This document shows, piece after piece, positions 1 to 8,830 of a DNA stretch of 64,000 bases (the first letter of the stretch is position 1; every line of letters begins with the position of its first letter). The stretch covers positions 1 through 64,000 of the forward strand of contig JBNKUM010000100.1 in the NCBI GenBank assembly GCA_050298595.1, in the 5' to 3' direction. The notes under the pieces are model-generated. The model was not told the DNA's origin. It did no database searches and worked only from the letters and a program-made list of their open reading frames with translations. The position numbers and the translations under genes are program-made. The DNA comes from Gammaproteobacteria bacterium (GTDB lineage: Bacteria > Pseudomonadota > Gammaproteobacteria > GCA-001735895).

Positions 1-156
1 TTTCAAGAAGCTGAACCCTTGATTTCTAGATTCTCGCTTAGGAATGTCAATAAACCGCGATCTGTCCCCTATTATTGCTATTTCAGCTCAGATATCAGAG
101 GCGGCTCCGGTGACCATATACGTTTTTCCAGATCGTTCTAATATGGTAATCCTCAC

Positions 157-1602
157 TTAAAATGGGTAATGTTGGTTTGGATCTTCGATGGTCACCCAAC
201 GAATGGATGTAAATGAATCAATTGCCGGTTTACCACCGAAACGGCCGTAGCCACTGTCCTTAACTCCACCGAATGGCATTTGCGCTTCATCAGCTACAGT
301 CGGGCCGTTAATGTGACAGATACCGCTTTCAATCTGATCAGCGACCGCCAGAGCACGCTGTATGTCGCTGCTGTAAACTGAGGCCGATAATCCATATGCA
401 GTGTCATTTGCCACACGTATAGCTTCTTCATCACTAGAAACTCGTATTACAGGTTTAACGGGGCCAAAGCTTTCTTCAGAATATATTTTCATGTCGGGAG
501 TGACATTATCGATTAGCGTAGCTTCAACAATCGTTCCTTGACGATTACCTCCGGCTATAACTTTACCGCCCTTAGAGGTTGCATCCTGAATGATGGCGTC
601 CATTTTCTCAGCAGCTTCCATCGTTACTAAAGAACCCAAAACAACCATATCTCGAGGATTGCCTGCAGGCAGTGCATTCGCTTTTGCAGCAAAAGCTTCT
701 ATAAACTGATCAGCAATGCCTTCATGCACGATAAGTCGCTCAGTTGACATACAAATCTGTCCTTGATTCATGAATGAACCAAATGCAGCTCCATTCACGG
801 CAGCTTCAACATCAGCATCGTCTAAAATGATCATCGGTGCTTTGCCGCCTAACTCTAAAAGCACAGGTTTAAGTTGTTCGGCTGCTCTTTGCGCAATAAT
901 CCGACCAATGCTGGTAGATCCTGTGAAGTTGATATGGCGTACTTCAGGCGTGGAGATTAATGCAGCGACAATTTCTGCTGCATCTTCCGGCGCATTGGTT
1001 ATTACATTCAGCACGCCATCTGGAAAACCTGCCGCCTTAAAGGCTTCACCAATCGCCAGATGAGTTGCCGGACATAACTCGGAGGCCTTGAGTATCACTG
1101 TGTTACCACAGGCTATGGCCATTGCTACCGCTCGAACACCTAAAATTACCGGTGCATTCCACGGTGCAATGCCCAGACAAACACCTAATGGTTTACGCTG
1201 AGACATGGATAAAGTGCCAGGTTTGTTTGCAGGAATCACCTCACCGGTGATTTGAGTGGTCATTGAAGCTGCCTCTCGCAGCATTCCGGCAGCTAACATG
1301 CAATTAAAACCACCCCATGGTCCTGTTGATCCTGTTTCAGTGATCATGGTCTGAATGATCTGATCAGTCATTCCTTCTAATTCATCCGCAGCTTTAAGTA
1401 ATAAAGTTCGACGTTCGGTGGGTCCCGTTTTAGACCATGCCGGGAAAGCTTGTGCTGCCGCTTTTGCTGCTTTTAGTGCATCTTCTACGGAAGCTGCAGC
1501 AGCTGTTGTTGCCACTTCGCCAGTCACAGGGTCACGGCGTTCATAGGTTCGATCATTAGTAGCAGCTACTTCTGAGCCACCAATCAGTAGTGATTTTTTC
1601 AT
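157..1602 (-). CDS. NAD(P)-dependent aldehyde dehydrogenase (aromatic aldehyde/vanillin-salicylaldehyde DH-like)
   Basis: 481 aa; PWNAP, FTGST, LELGGK (catalytic Glu), GQICMS (catalytic Cys), EESFGP and PFGG motifs. Confidence 0.93.
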   Translation of the reverse strand: MKKSLLIGGSEVAATNDRTYERRDPVTGEVATTAAAASVEDALKAAKAAAQAFPAWSKTGPTERRTLLLKAADELEGMTDQIIQTMITETGSTGPWGGFNCMLAAGMLREAASMTTQITGEVIPANKPGTLSMSQRKPLGVCLGIAPWNAPVILGVRAVAMAIACGNTVILKASELCPATHLAIGEAFKAAGFPDGVLNVITNAPEDAAEIVAALISTPEVRHINFTGSTSIGRIIAQRAAEQLKPVLLELGGKAPMIILDDADVEAAVNGAAFGSFMNQGQICMSTERLIVHEGIADQFIEAFAAKANALPAGNPRDMVVLGSLVTMEAAEKMDAIIQDATSKGGKVIAGGNRQGTIVEATLIDNVTPDMKIYSEESFGPVKPVIRVSSDEEAIRVANDTAYGLSASVYSSDIQRALAVADQIESGICHINGPTVADEAQMPFGGVKDSGYGRFGGKPAIDSFTSIRWVTIEDPNQHYPF

Positions 1603-1689
1603 ACGGGTTCCTCTTTTGTGGTTTTTATTTCAACACTTTGCCAGGTCGACAAAAATGTCACTATTTTGCTATGAAACATGAAGGTGAAG

Positions 1690-2274
1690 CTATTTCATGA
1701 GTATCTGTTTTACTAAGCCAGCAACTTGCCGCGCTCTACCAGGGTTTGGATGCGTCCCTGCAAGTACTCTGAGTCCCCAGATATTGTTCATGAGAAATGC
1801 CGCGAGAGCCTCACAATCGACACCGGATCCCAACTCACCTTTTTCTTGTGCTTTATTTAACGCAGAAAGAAAAATCGATTCAATCTCTGCAAAGTGTTTT
1901 TTGATATGTTCGCGCACCTCAACATCGCGCCTGGAGAGTTCCAGTACGGTATTAACCAGAAAGCAACTATTCTGTTCAGAACGTGATTCGATAATGTCTA
2001 CCAGTTGGTCAAAATACTCTTCGATGGCACGCAAGGGTGAGTCAGCGTTTTTCAGGTGTTGACGCAATTTATCTGCGCTGTTTGCGCCATATCGGTCCAG
2101 GGTGGCTAGAAAGAGCCCTTGTTTAGACTCAAATGCTGCGTATAGGCTACCCGGCTTCAGCTTAGTCGTTTCAACAAGGTCAGCCATACTGGTAGCACAA
2201 TAGCCATGCTCCCAGAAAGCTTGCATAGCCTTGTCCAAAACCCTGTCGCGATCGAATTGTATTGGTCTCGCCAT
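1690..2274 (-). CDS. TetR/AcrR family transcriptional regulator (NemR/ComR-like)
   Basis: N-terminal MARP..FD..HTH with GSLYAAFESK; C-terminal CFLVNT motif. Confidence 0.93.
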   Translation of the reverse strand: MARPIQFDRDRVLDKAMQAFWEHGYCATSMADLVETTKLKPGSLYAAFESKQGLFLATLDRYGANSADKLRQHLKNADSPLRAIEEYFDQLVDIIESRSEQNSCFLVNTVLELSRRDVEVREHIKKHFAEIESIFLSALNKAQEKGELGSGVDCEALAAFLMNNIWGLRVLAGTHPNPGRARQVAGLVKQILMK

Positions 2275-2319
2275 TTCTGCACCGAATAGTTAAAAAACTG
2301 ATTGCCTGGCCATTCTAAC

Positions 2320-2398
2320 GTTATTGAATGATTACTCAAAATAATACTTGAGCATTCATTCAATAACAAGTAGTATTGTTGAGCGTTCATTCAATAAC
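2320..2398. promoter_or_regulatory. Three copies of a 20-bp operator, probably bound by the TetR protein
   Basis: TTGAGnnnTCATTCAATAAC at 2348-2367 and 2379-2398, and inverted at 2320-2339, between the divergent tetR and peroxiredoxin-like genes. Confidence 0.75.
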
Positions 2399-2424
2399 TC
2401 AATGACCACTAATAGGAGCTAACC

Positions 2425-3072
2425 ATGCAAACTCTGCAATCCACGATCGATCAATATAACGCTGCAAAAAGAGAATCAATGCCGGCCGAAGTACTGGAAA
2501 CCATGGCCAGAGCCATGTCCGAACTCAAAGACTCTGGAATTGAAAACCAGGTACTTCGAGCAGGAGATCGCATTCCAGAATTCAGCCTTCCCAATCAGCA
2601 CGGAGAGATACGCCGCTTTGCGGATTATCTTGCAGAATCCCCGGTTGTACTGAATATTTATCGTGGTGGCTGGTGTCCTTATTGCAACTTCGAAATGAAG
2701 GCACTAGCTGATGCATTGCCTGAGATTGAGGCTGCTGGCGCTCGCCTCATAGGAATGTCACCCGAAACCCCTGAGCGTGCTCAGGACACCGCAGCGCGAA
2801 ATAATATCGGGATCGAGATTCTCAGCGACGCTGGTAATGTCGTCAGTGAGAAAATGGGCCTGGTGTTTAGCCTGGCGGAAGAGTTGCGTCCGATCTACCT
2901 CGGGGCCGGGCTCGATATTCCTGCTTACAACGGTGACGATACCTTTATGTTACCAGTACCGGCCACATACATCGTAGGATCGGACGGGGTTATCAAATTC
3001 GATTTCGTTAATGCTGACTACACTCAGCGCCTGGAACCACAGGATATTGTTGCGATTCTTAACAAAATGTAA
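2425..3072 (+). CDS. Peroxiredoxin-like AhpC/TSA family redoxin
   Basis: YRGGWCPYC motif, LPVPATY and DYTQRLEP C-terminus; RBS AGGAG upstream. Confidence 0.9.
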   Translation: MQTLQSTIDQYNAAKRESMPAEVLETMARAMSELKDSGIENQVLRAGDRIPEFSLPNQHGEIRRFADYLAESPVVLNIYRGGWCPYCNFEMKALADALPEIEAAGARLIGMSPETPERAQDTAARNNIGIEILSDAGNVVSEKMGLVFSLAEELRPIYLGAGLDIPAYNGDDTFMLPVPATYIVGSDGVIKFDFVNADYTQRLEPQDIVAILNKM

Positions 3073-3444
3073 CTGACTAGATCCGCTGATGAGACTATCA
3101 GAAGCCCATGCCAGTATGGTGAGCTTCTTCTTTTAATTTGTACCAGTGACTGCAGCCTCCGTATCCTGTACGAAAGCTATAGTGAAGCCCAATGTCGGCA
3201 CATTCCTGCCTATTGCACCGCACAATACGAATGTCTGCTAAGGAAAAGGAGCTATTCATATTCTGACCTTAAATGACTACTGACGACTCTGTACACCGGA
3301 AAAAATGGTGAGCCTATAGGGTATAAAATTATCGGGCGGCTACTGGAAAATCTGTCAATAACTGCACGAATATCATGGTATTGGAACAGCAAGCGTTATA
3401 GGCGTAATATATAGTCTCCATGCGTAAAGATTAAGGAATTAATA

Positions 3445-3501
3445 ATGTCGCATTCAAAAGGATTTACCCCATTGCTTAAAGCAGACATAGCTTTGTTCTG
3501 A
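3445..3501 (+). CDS. 18-aa leader mini-ORF (MSHSKGFTPLLKADIALF) coupled to the TPR gene
   Basis: AAGGA upstream of ATG 3445; its TGA overlaps the ATG at 3501 (TGATG). Confidence 0.4.
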   Translation: MSHSKGFTPLLKADIALF

Positions 3502-4934
3502 TGGGAACATTTGATCAACAGAACCAGCACGTTGAGCATCAGCAAAATGCTGACACCATCAATAATTATGGTGTGCCCTTTGAGCAATACAAAGCAGACC
3601 TGACAGAGAAGGAAAAAGAGATTCGCTGCCTGCTGAAAAATGCAGCCCTGGACGAGAGGGAGAAAGCAGAACTCAATCAAAAACTTGCAAGGCTTGAGCA
3701 ACTCCGTCTGGATGAGCGAGCGAGTTACGAAGCCCATAAGAAAGACCTGGAAGAACGACTGAATCGCTTAGATCAACTCAGCGGAAAGGTTCCAGAAAAG
3801 CTCATTAAAGAAGCTAAACTCGCACTGGCAAAAGGCGATAACGTAAAAGCAGACCAACTCTTTAGCCAGGTAGAAGAGCAGGCAGATCCACATATAGCCG
3901 CTGCCGCAGAAGCGGCTTACCAGCGTGGCAAATTGTCACAAGATGCCCTTCAATATCATGAAGCATTCCAGCACTACCAACGCGCCATTCAACTAACCCC
4001 GAACAATCCAGAATATCTGGAATCAGCAGCATCAATGGCAAAAACCGTGGCGCAATACTCCAAAGCGATCGATTGGAATGAACAGGCGCTTAAACTCTAC
4101 CTCGAACAGAATGGCGAAGATTCAGCAGATGTAGCGGGGCTCAGGAATAACCTGGGTTTAGCCTGGCAGGCGCTCGGCAAGTATGAGAAGGCGATCGGTT
4201 ATTATGAGCAGGCACTGGCAAGTAACCTCAAGACCTACGGCGAGGACCATCCAGATGTGGCGATTAACCGCAACAACCTGGGCTTAGCCTGGTATGTCCT
4301 CGGCAAGTATGAGAAGGCGATCGCTTATTACGAGCAGGCACTGGCGAGTGGCCTCAAGACCTACAGTGAGGACCACCCCAGTGTAGCCACACGTCGCAAC
4401 AACCTGGGCTTAGCCTGGTATGCCCTCGGCAAGTATGAGAAGGCGATCGCTTATTACGAGCAGGCGCTGGCAAGTGACCTCAGGACCTACGGTGAGAACC
4501 ACCCCAGTGTAGCCAGTGACCGCAACAACCTGGGTTCAGCCTGGCATGCCCTCGGCAAGTATGAGAAGGCGATCGGTTATTTTGAGAAGGCGCTAGAGAG
4601 TGACCTCAAGACCTACGGTGAGGACCACCCTGATGTGGCGATTGAACGCAACAACCTGGGTATGGTCTGGAAGGCCCTCGGCGAGCATGACAAGGCGATC
4701 GGTTATTTGGAGCAGGCGCTAGAGAGTGACCTCAAGACCTACGGCGAGGACCACCCTGATGTGGCGATTGACCGCAACAACCTGGGTATGGCCTGGAAGG
4801 CCCTCGGCAAGTATGAGAAGGCGATCGGTTATCATGAACAGGCACTGGCGACTTTTCGAAAAGTACTGGGTGAAGACCATCATAGAACCATTGCCGCAGC
4901 TAACAATCTCGAAGCTGCCAGGGCTCAGCAATAG
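3501..4934 (+). CDS. Tetratricopeptide repeat protein with Q/N-rich N-terminal motif (paralog 1)
   Basis: 477 aa; six 42-aa kinesin-light-chain-type TPR units (NNLG.AW..LG.YEKAI.YYEQAL...LKTYGEDHP); coiled-coil-like N-terminal half. Confidence 0.93.
   Translation: MGTFDQQNQHVEHQQNADTINNYGVPFEQYKADLTEKEKEIRCLLKNAALDEREKAELNQKLARLEQLRLDERASYEAHKKDLEERLNRLDQLSGKVPEKLIKEAKLALAKGDNVKADQLFSQVEEQADPHIAAAAEAAYQRGKLSQDALQYHEAFQHYQRAIQLTPNNPEYLESAASMAKTVAQYSKAIDWNEQALKLYLEQNGEDSADVAGLRNNLGLAWQALGKYEKAIGYYEQALASNLKTYGEDHPDVAINRNNLGLAWYVLGKYEKAIAYYEQALASGLKTYSEDHPSVATRRNNLGLAWYALGKYEKAIAYYEQALASDLRTYGENHPSVASDRNNLGSAWHALGKYEKAIGYFEKALESDLKTYGEDHPDVAIERNNLGMVWKALGEHDKAIGYLEQALESDLKTYGEDHPDVAIDRNNLGMAWKALGKYEKAIGYHEQALATFRKVLGEDHHRTIAAANNLEAARAQQ
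4128..4883 (+). repeat. Intragenic tandem array of six 126-bp units
   Basis: Recurring AACAACCTGGG...GAGAAGGCGATCG...CTCAAGACCTAC every 126 bp. Confidence 0.95.
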
Positions 4935-5001
4935 CTGGAAAACAAAAGGTTTTTAAATACTCGGATAGCATTCAAATCAAACCACTGGGAGGTAAATAGT
5001 C

Positions 5002-5340
5002 ATGGCTACTTTCAATCAACAGGGACAATCTGTACACACCCAATATAACGCCGAAACGATTAATTTTAATAAGGTGAGTACAGCCGATGATTTTCGGCAA
5101 CAATTGCTAAGTGTCCAGAGCGAATTGCTAAAAGCGAGGGAAGCAGGGGCGGTAACAGATGATCAGGCCATTGATGCTGAATACCAATTGAATAAAGCAT
5201 TGGCTCAGGCTAAAAAGCCTGCGCCAGACAGGAAAACATTGGTAGAGCATTTATCCTCTGCTAAAGACCTGGTCTCCGGAGTCAGTGGATTAGCAACGGC
5301 TATCGCTGGTGCAATTACAGCGGTTGGCGTGTTGTTCTGA
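5002..5340 (+). CDS. Small hypothetical protein with Q/N-rich N-terminal motif, helical core and hydrophobic C-terminal helix
   Basis: 112 aa; strong RBS GGGAGG; stop overlaps the next ATG; first 21 aa align with the TPR proteins' N-termini. Confidence 0.85.
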   Translation: MATFNQQGQSVHTQYNAETINFNKVSTADDFRQQLLSVQSELLKAREAGAVTDDQAIDAEYQLNKALAQAKKPAPDRKTLVEHLSSAKDLVSGVSGLATAIAGAITAVGVLF

Positions 5341-6773
5341 TGGGAACGTTTGATCAACAGAACCAGCATGTTGAGCATCAGCAAAATGCTGACACCATCA
5401 ATAATTATGGCGTGCCCTTTGAGCAATACAAAGCAGAACTGACAGAGAAGGAAAAAGAGATTCGCCGCCTGCTGAAAAATGCTGCCCTGGACGAGAGGGA
5501 GAAAGCAGAACTCAATCAAAAACTTGCCAAGGTTGAACAACTCCGTCTGGATGAGCAAGCGAGCTACGAAGCCCATAAGAAAGACCTGGAAGAACGACTG
5601 AATCGCTTAGATCAACTCAGCGGAAAGGTTCCAGAAAATCTCATTAAAGAAGCTAAACTCGCACTGGCAAAAGGCGATAACGTAAAAGCTGACCAACTCT
5701 TTAGCCAGGTAGAAGAGCAGGCAGATCCACATATAGCCGCTGCCGCAGAAGCGGCTTACCAGCGTGGCAAATTGTCAGAAGATGCTATTCAATATCATGA
5801 AGCTTTCCAGCACTACCAACGAGCTATTCTACTAACCCCGGACAATCCAGAATATCTGGCATCAGCAGCATCAATGGCATATACCCTCGCGCAATACTCC
5901 AAAGCGATCGACTGGAATGAACAGGCGCTTGAACTCTACCTCGAACAGGATGGCGAAGATTCAGCAGATGTGGCGCGGCTCAGGAACAACCTGGGTTTAG
6001 CCTGGTATGCCCTCGGCGAGTATGAGAAGGCGATCGGTTATTTGGAGAAGGCACTGACAAGTGTCCTCAAGACCTACGGTGAGGACCACCCTCATGTAGC
6101 TATTTATCGCAGCAACCTGGGCTTAACATGGCAGGCCCTCGGCAAGTATGACAAGGCGATCGGTTATTTTGAGCAGGCGCTGGCGAGTGGCCTCAAGACC
6201 TATGGCGAGGACCATCCAAATGTGGCGATTAACCGCAACAACCTGGGTTCAGCCTGGCATGGCCTCGGCGAGTATGATAAGGCGATCGGTTGCTATGAGC
6301 AGGCGCTGGCGAGTGACCTTAGGACCTACGACGAGGATCACCCCAGTGTAGCCCGTGATCGCAACAACCTGGGTTTGGCCTGGAAGAACCTCGGCGAGTA
6401 TGAGAAGGCGATCGCTTGTTACGAGCAGGCGCTGTCGAGTGACCTCAAGACCTATGGTGAGGACCACCCCAGTGTAGCCCGTGACCGCAACAACCTGGGT
6501 TCAGCCTGGCATGGCCTCGGCAAGTATGAGAGGGCGATCGGTTATTATGAGCAGGCACTGGCGAGTGACCTCAAGACCTACGGTGAGGAACACCCTGATG
6601 TAGCCACACGTCGCAACAACCTGGGTTTGGCCTGGAAGAACCTCGGCGAGTATGAGAAGGCGATCGCTTATTACGAGCAGGCGCTGGTATCTTTACGAAA
6701 AGTACTGGGTGAAGACCATCCTTATACAAAACAAGCAACAAAAAATCTCGAAGCTGCCAGGGCTCAGCAATAG
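5340..6773 (+). CDS. Tetratricopeptide repeat protein with Q/N-rich N-terminal motif (paralog 2)
   Basis: 477 aa; N-terminal half nearly identical to 3501-4934; six 42-aa TPR units with different variable residues. Confidence 0.93.
   Translation: MGTFDQQNQHVEHQQNADTINNYGVPFEQYKAELTEKEKEIRRLLKNAALDEREKAELNQKLAKVEQLRLDEQASYEAHKKDLEERLNRLDQLSGKVPENLIKEAKLALAKGDNVKADQLFSQVEEQADPHIAAAAEAAYQRGKLSEDAIQYHEAFQHYQRAILLTPDNPEYLASAASMAYTLAQYSKAIDWNEQALELYLEQDGEDSADVARLRNNLGLAWYALGEYEKAIGYLEKALTSVLKTYGEDHPHVAIYRSNLGLTWQALGKYDKAIGYFEQALASGLKTYGEDHPNVAINRNNLGSAWHGLGEYDKAIGCYEQALASDLRTYDEDHPSVARDRNNLGLAWKNLGEYEKAIACYEQALSSDLKTYGEDHPSVARDRNNLGSAWHGLGKYERAIGYYEQALASDLKTYGEEHPDVATRRNNLGLAWKNLGEYEKAIAYYEQALVSLRKVLGEDHPYTKQATKNLEAARAQQ
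5967..6722 (+). repeat. Intragenic tandem array of six 126-bp units
   Basis: Same unit as 4128-4883. Confidence 0.95.
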
Positions 6774-7315
6774 CTGGAAAATTTTGATAAAAACTTGCTG
6801 GTAGACATAAAAACCGATAGGCAATCAGCGAGAGGGATAGCGAGGGAGACAGCGGATTCGCCATACAAATAACGGTGGATAGAATCAAACAAAAGCATAA
6901 AGGGACAGAGTACAAAAGCAGTAAATAAGCCCATGATATCTTTTTCCTGTTGCCCCGAACCTCCGATGTAACTCTGAAACTGAGGGATGTTCTCGCAGTT
7001 CATAGAACCCGAAGAAAAAGCCCGAGTCAGAATCTTCTCGATATCTTTAGCAGAGTAAGGACGGCTGTTAGAAAAAGAAAAACAGGTTTTGTCTTCTTCC
7101 TGGAAATCAAGGGCAGACTTCTTGAAGCGTTTTTTACGACAAAAATGTATGGCTCCACATGCTGCCGCCTCTTTCTCAGTCCCTAGAATAATGATTTGCG
7201 TTACCAGATAAATGCCCCCACCTATATCCATTATCCCGGCAATGAATTCAGGGATAGATCCAGAAATAATGGCTAAAAAGGATATAGAAGACAGGAATAC
7301 TTCCATATTCAGCAA
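6764..7315 (-). CDS. Doubtful hypothetical ORF, possibly a membrane protein or a degenerate gene
   Basis: 183-codon open frame with hydrophobic stretches; no recognisable motif and a weak start. Confidence 0.25.
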   Translation of the reverse strand: MLNMEVFLSSISFLAIISGSIPEFIAGIMDIGGGIYLVTQIIILGTEKEAAACGAIHFCRKKRFKKSALDFQEEDKTCFSFSNSRPYSAKDIEKILTRAFSSGSMNCENIPQFQSYIGGSGQQEKDIMGLFTAFVLCPFMLLFDSIHRYLYGESAVSLAIPLADCLSVFMSTSKFLSKFSSYC

Positions 7316-7539
7316 AAGTATTTATTACCCCCTGAAAAAATAGATAGTTCAAGTTTTTCAAATAGTTTAACTCCTTGTTACCGGTGGAAAAAAGCCACTT
7401 TATCTGAGTTTTTTAACGGGCTTTCAAGGTGCGGCATCTTATGATTATTAACGACCAGAGTTGATATTAAAAACAGCAAAAATCAGGCCATGAATATAAC
7501 ATTGTGTTTCGATGGTTATATTTCCTTGATGCATGTAAG

Positions 7540-7589
7540 GCGTTACTGAATGGTAACGCTTGATAGTTTTAGGTTCCGATTGGGTAACC
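7540..7589. promoter_or_regulatory. Putative enhancer (UAS) pair for a sigma54 activator
   Basis: GCGTTAC-TGAATG-GTAACGC at 7540-7559 and GGTTcC-GATTGG-GTAACC at 7572-7589. Confidence 0.65.
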
Positions 7590-7686
7590 AAAATACATAA
7601 GTCGGAGGTTTATCGTATGCATTCAGTCTTCGAAAAGTGAGGCAGATACTGACTCGCAGATATAAATATAGTGAAATGAAGTTCCA

Positions 7687-7702
7687 TGGCGCGAATATTG
7701 CT
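7687..7702 (+). promoter_or_regulatory. Sigma54 -24/-12 promoter of moaA
   Basis: TGGCGCGAATATTGCT fits TGGC-N7-TTGCW with exact GG-N10-GC spacing. Confidence 0.8.
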
Positions 7703-7732
7703 CAGGGTTATAGGTAAAAGTAATTAAAAAAT

Positions 7733-8719
7733 ATGAATAATCAATTAATAGATCAATGCGGGCGACATATTAATTATCTGCGGCTTTCAGTGACAGATCG
7801 TTGTGATCTGCGTTGCAAATACTGTATGCCCAAAGGTTTCAGGGATTTTTCTGCACCTCAGGAGTGGTTGAATTTTGATGAGATAGAAAAAACGGTGTCA
7901 TTGTTTGCACAGGCTGGTATTGAGCATCTACGCATTACCGGGGGAGAACCACTGGTACGTGAAAACATCGATCAGCTCATTCAACGCCTCTCCATTATTC
8001 CAGGGATAAAGGATTTGTCTTTATCGACCAACGCGGTACGTCTTGAAAAATATGCCGAAAGATTGAAACAGGCGGGTGTGCAACGATTGAATGTCAGTCT
8101 CGATTCACTGGATGAACATCGCTATGCAGAGATCACTGGTGGTGGAAAATTAAGCAAGGTTTTAAATGGGCTGCAACAGGCGAAACAGTTGGGTCTGGGC
8201 CCGATCAAAATTAATTGTGTGTTAATGAAAGGTTTCAATGAAGATGAAATTGATCAAATGCTTGAATATTGTGCAAAGCATGGTTTCACCCTGAGGTTGA
8301 TTGAAACTATGCCTATTGGCGATACTGGACGCTCTGCTCAATCCCAATATATGAGTCTCAATATCATCAAGGATCAGCTAAGTCAAAAATACGATTTGAT
8401 CCCTGATCTTATGCCTGGGGCAGGGCCGGCACGCTATTTTCGTTTGCAGGGCAGTTCTACCAGGATTGGATTTATTACACCTATTTCTCAGCATTTTTGT
8501 GAAACCTGTAATCGTTTAAGGCTTTCCTGTGAAGGCGATATTTTTACCTGCCTGGGTGATGAAACACGTTATCCATTGGGGCAGTATCTACGTGCAGGGC
8601 AAAGTGATGCTCAGATGCTGGAGCATATCCATAAGGCGATTAATCTCAAGCCAGAGAAGCATGAATTTAAAAATGATCGACAGAGAGTTGTCCGCCTGAT
8701 GTCGATGACGGGTGGATAG
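7733..8719 (+). CDS. moaA: GTP 3',8-cyclase MoaA (radical SAM)
   Basis: YLRLSVTDRCDLRCKYC, ITGGEP, FCETCNRLR...C and C-terminal MSMTGG. Confidence 0.97.
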   Translation: MNNQLIDQCGRHINYLRLSVTDRCDLRCKYCMPKGFRDFSAPQEWLNFDEIEKTVSLFAQAGIEHLRITGGEPLVRENIDQLIQRLSIIPGIKDLSLSTNAVRLEKYAERLKQAGVQRLNVSLDSLDEHRYAEITGGGKLSKVLNGLQQAKQLGLGPIKINCVLMKGFNEDEIDQMLEYCAKHGFTLRLIETMPIGDTGRSAQSQYMSLNIIKDQLSQKYDLIPDLMPGAGPARYFRLQGSSTRIGFITPISQHFCETCNRLRLSCEGDIFTCLGDETRYPLGQYLRAGQSDAQMLEHIHKAINLKPEKHEFKNDRQRVVRLMSMTGG

Positions 8720-8830
8720 CTGAGTCCGTTAGCAAACACTAACGTGATGCTTGCACTGTCGTTTGTAGTTTCTCAAATTTGGTTGCCAGTGCTACCGTCA
8801 TTTTTTCTTAATAGAGAAAATGTCTCAGTT
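8718..8830 (+). ncRNA. Candidate structured RNA (four-way junction) in the moaA 3' region
   Basis: Closing stem 8718-8724/8824-8830 enclosing hairpins 8727-8744, 8753-8792 and 8799-8822; G-U pairs favour the + strand. Confidence 0.45.

Larger units (their letters stand above)
3493..4942 (+). repeat. Copy 1 of a ~1.45 kb direct duplication (copy 2 at 5332-6781)
   Basis: Shared ends TTGTTCTGATGGGAAC...CAGCAATAGCTGGAAAA at a constant 1839-bp offset. Confidence 0.95.
5332..6781 (+). repeat. Copy 2 of the direct duplication
   Basis: Colinear with 3493-4942. Confidence 0.95.

Noticed and set aside
3075-3300. Possible degenerate repeat or recombination-site relics after the peroxiredoxin-like gene
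   Set aside because: No convincing inverted repeat or second copy could be delimited
4128-6722. TPR arrays as a CRISPR array or a diversity-generating retroelement target
   Set aside because: The units are in-frame 126-bp coding repeats without spacers; differences are not restricted to adenines; no reverse transcriptase or cas gene is in the window
3501-6773. TPR proteins as canonical NLR/STAND receptors
   Set aside because: No Walker A/B or NACHT/NB-ARC domain in either protein
7526-7539. FNR box TTGATGCATGTAAG upstream of moaA
   Set aside because: Only one half-site matches TTGAT-N4-ATCAA
8718-8830. Moco riboswitch or tRNA
   Set aside because: It lies downstream of moaA, and lacks the Moco consensus and the tRNA T-loop/anticodon geometry
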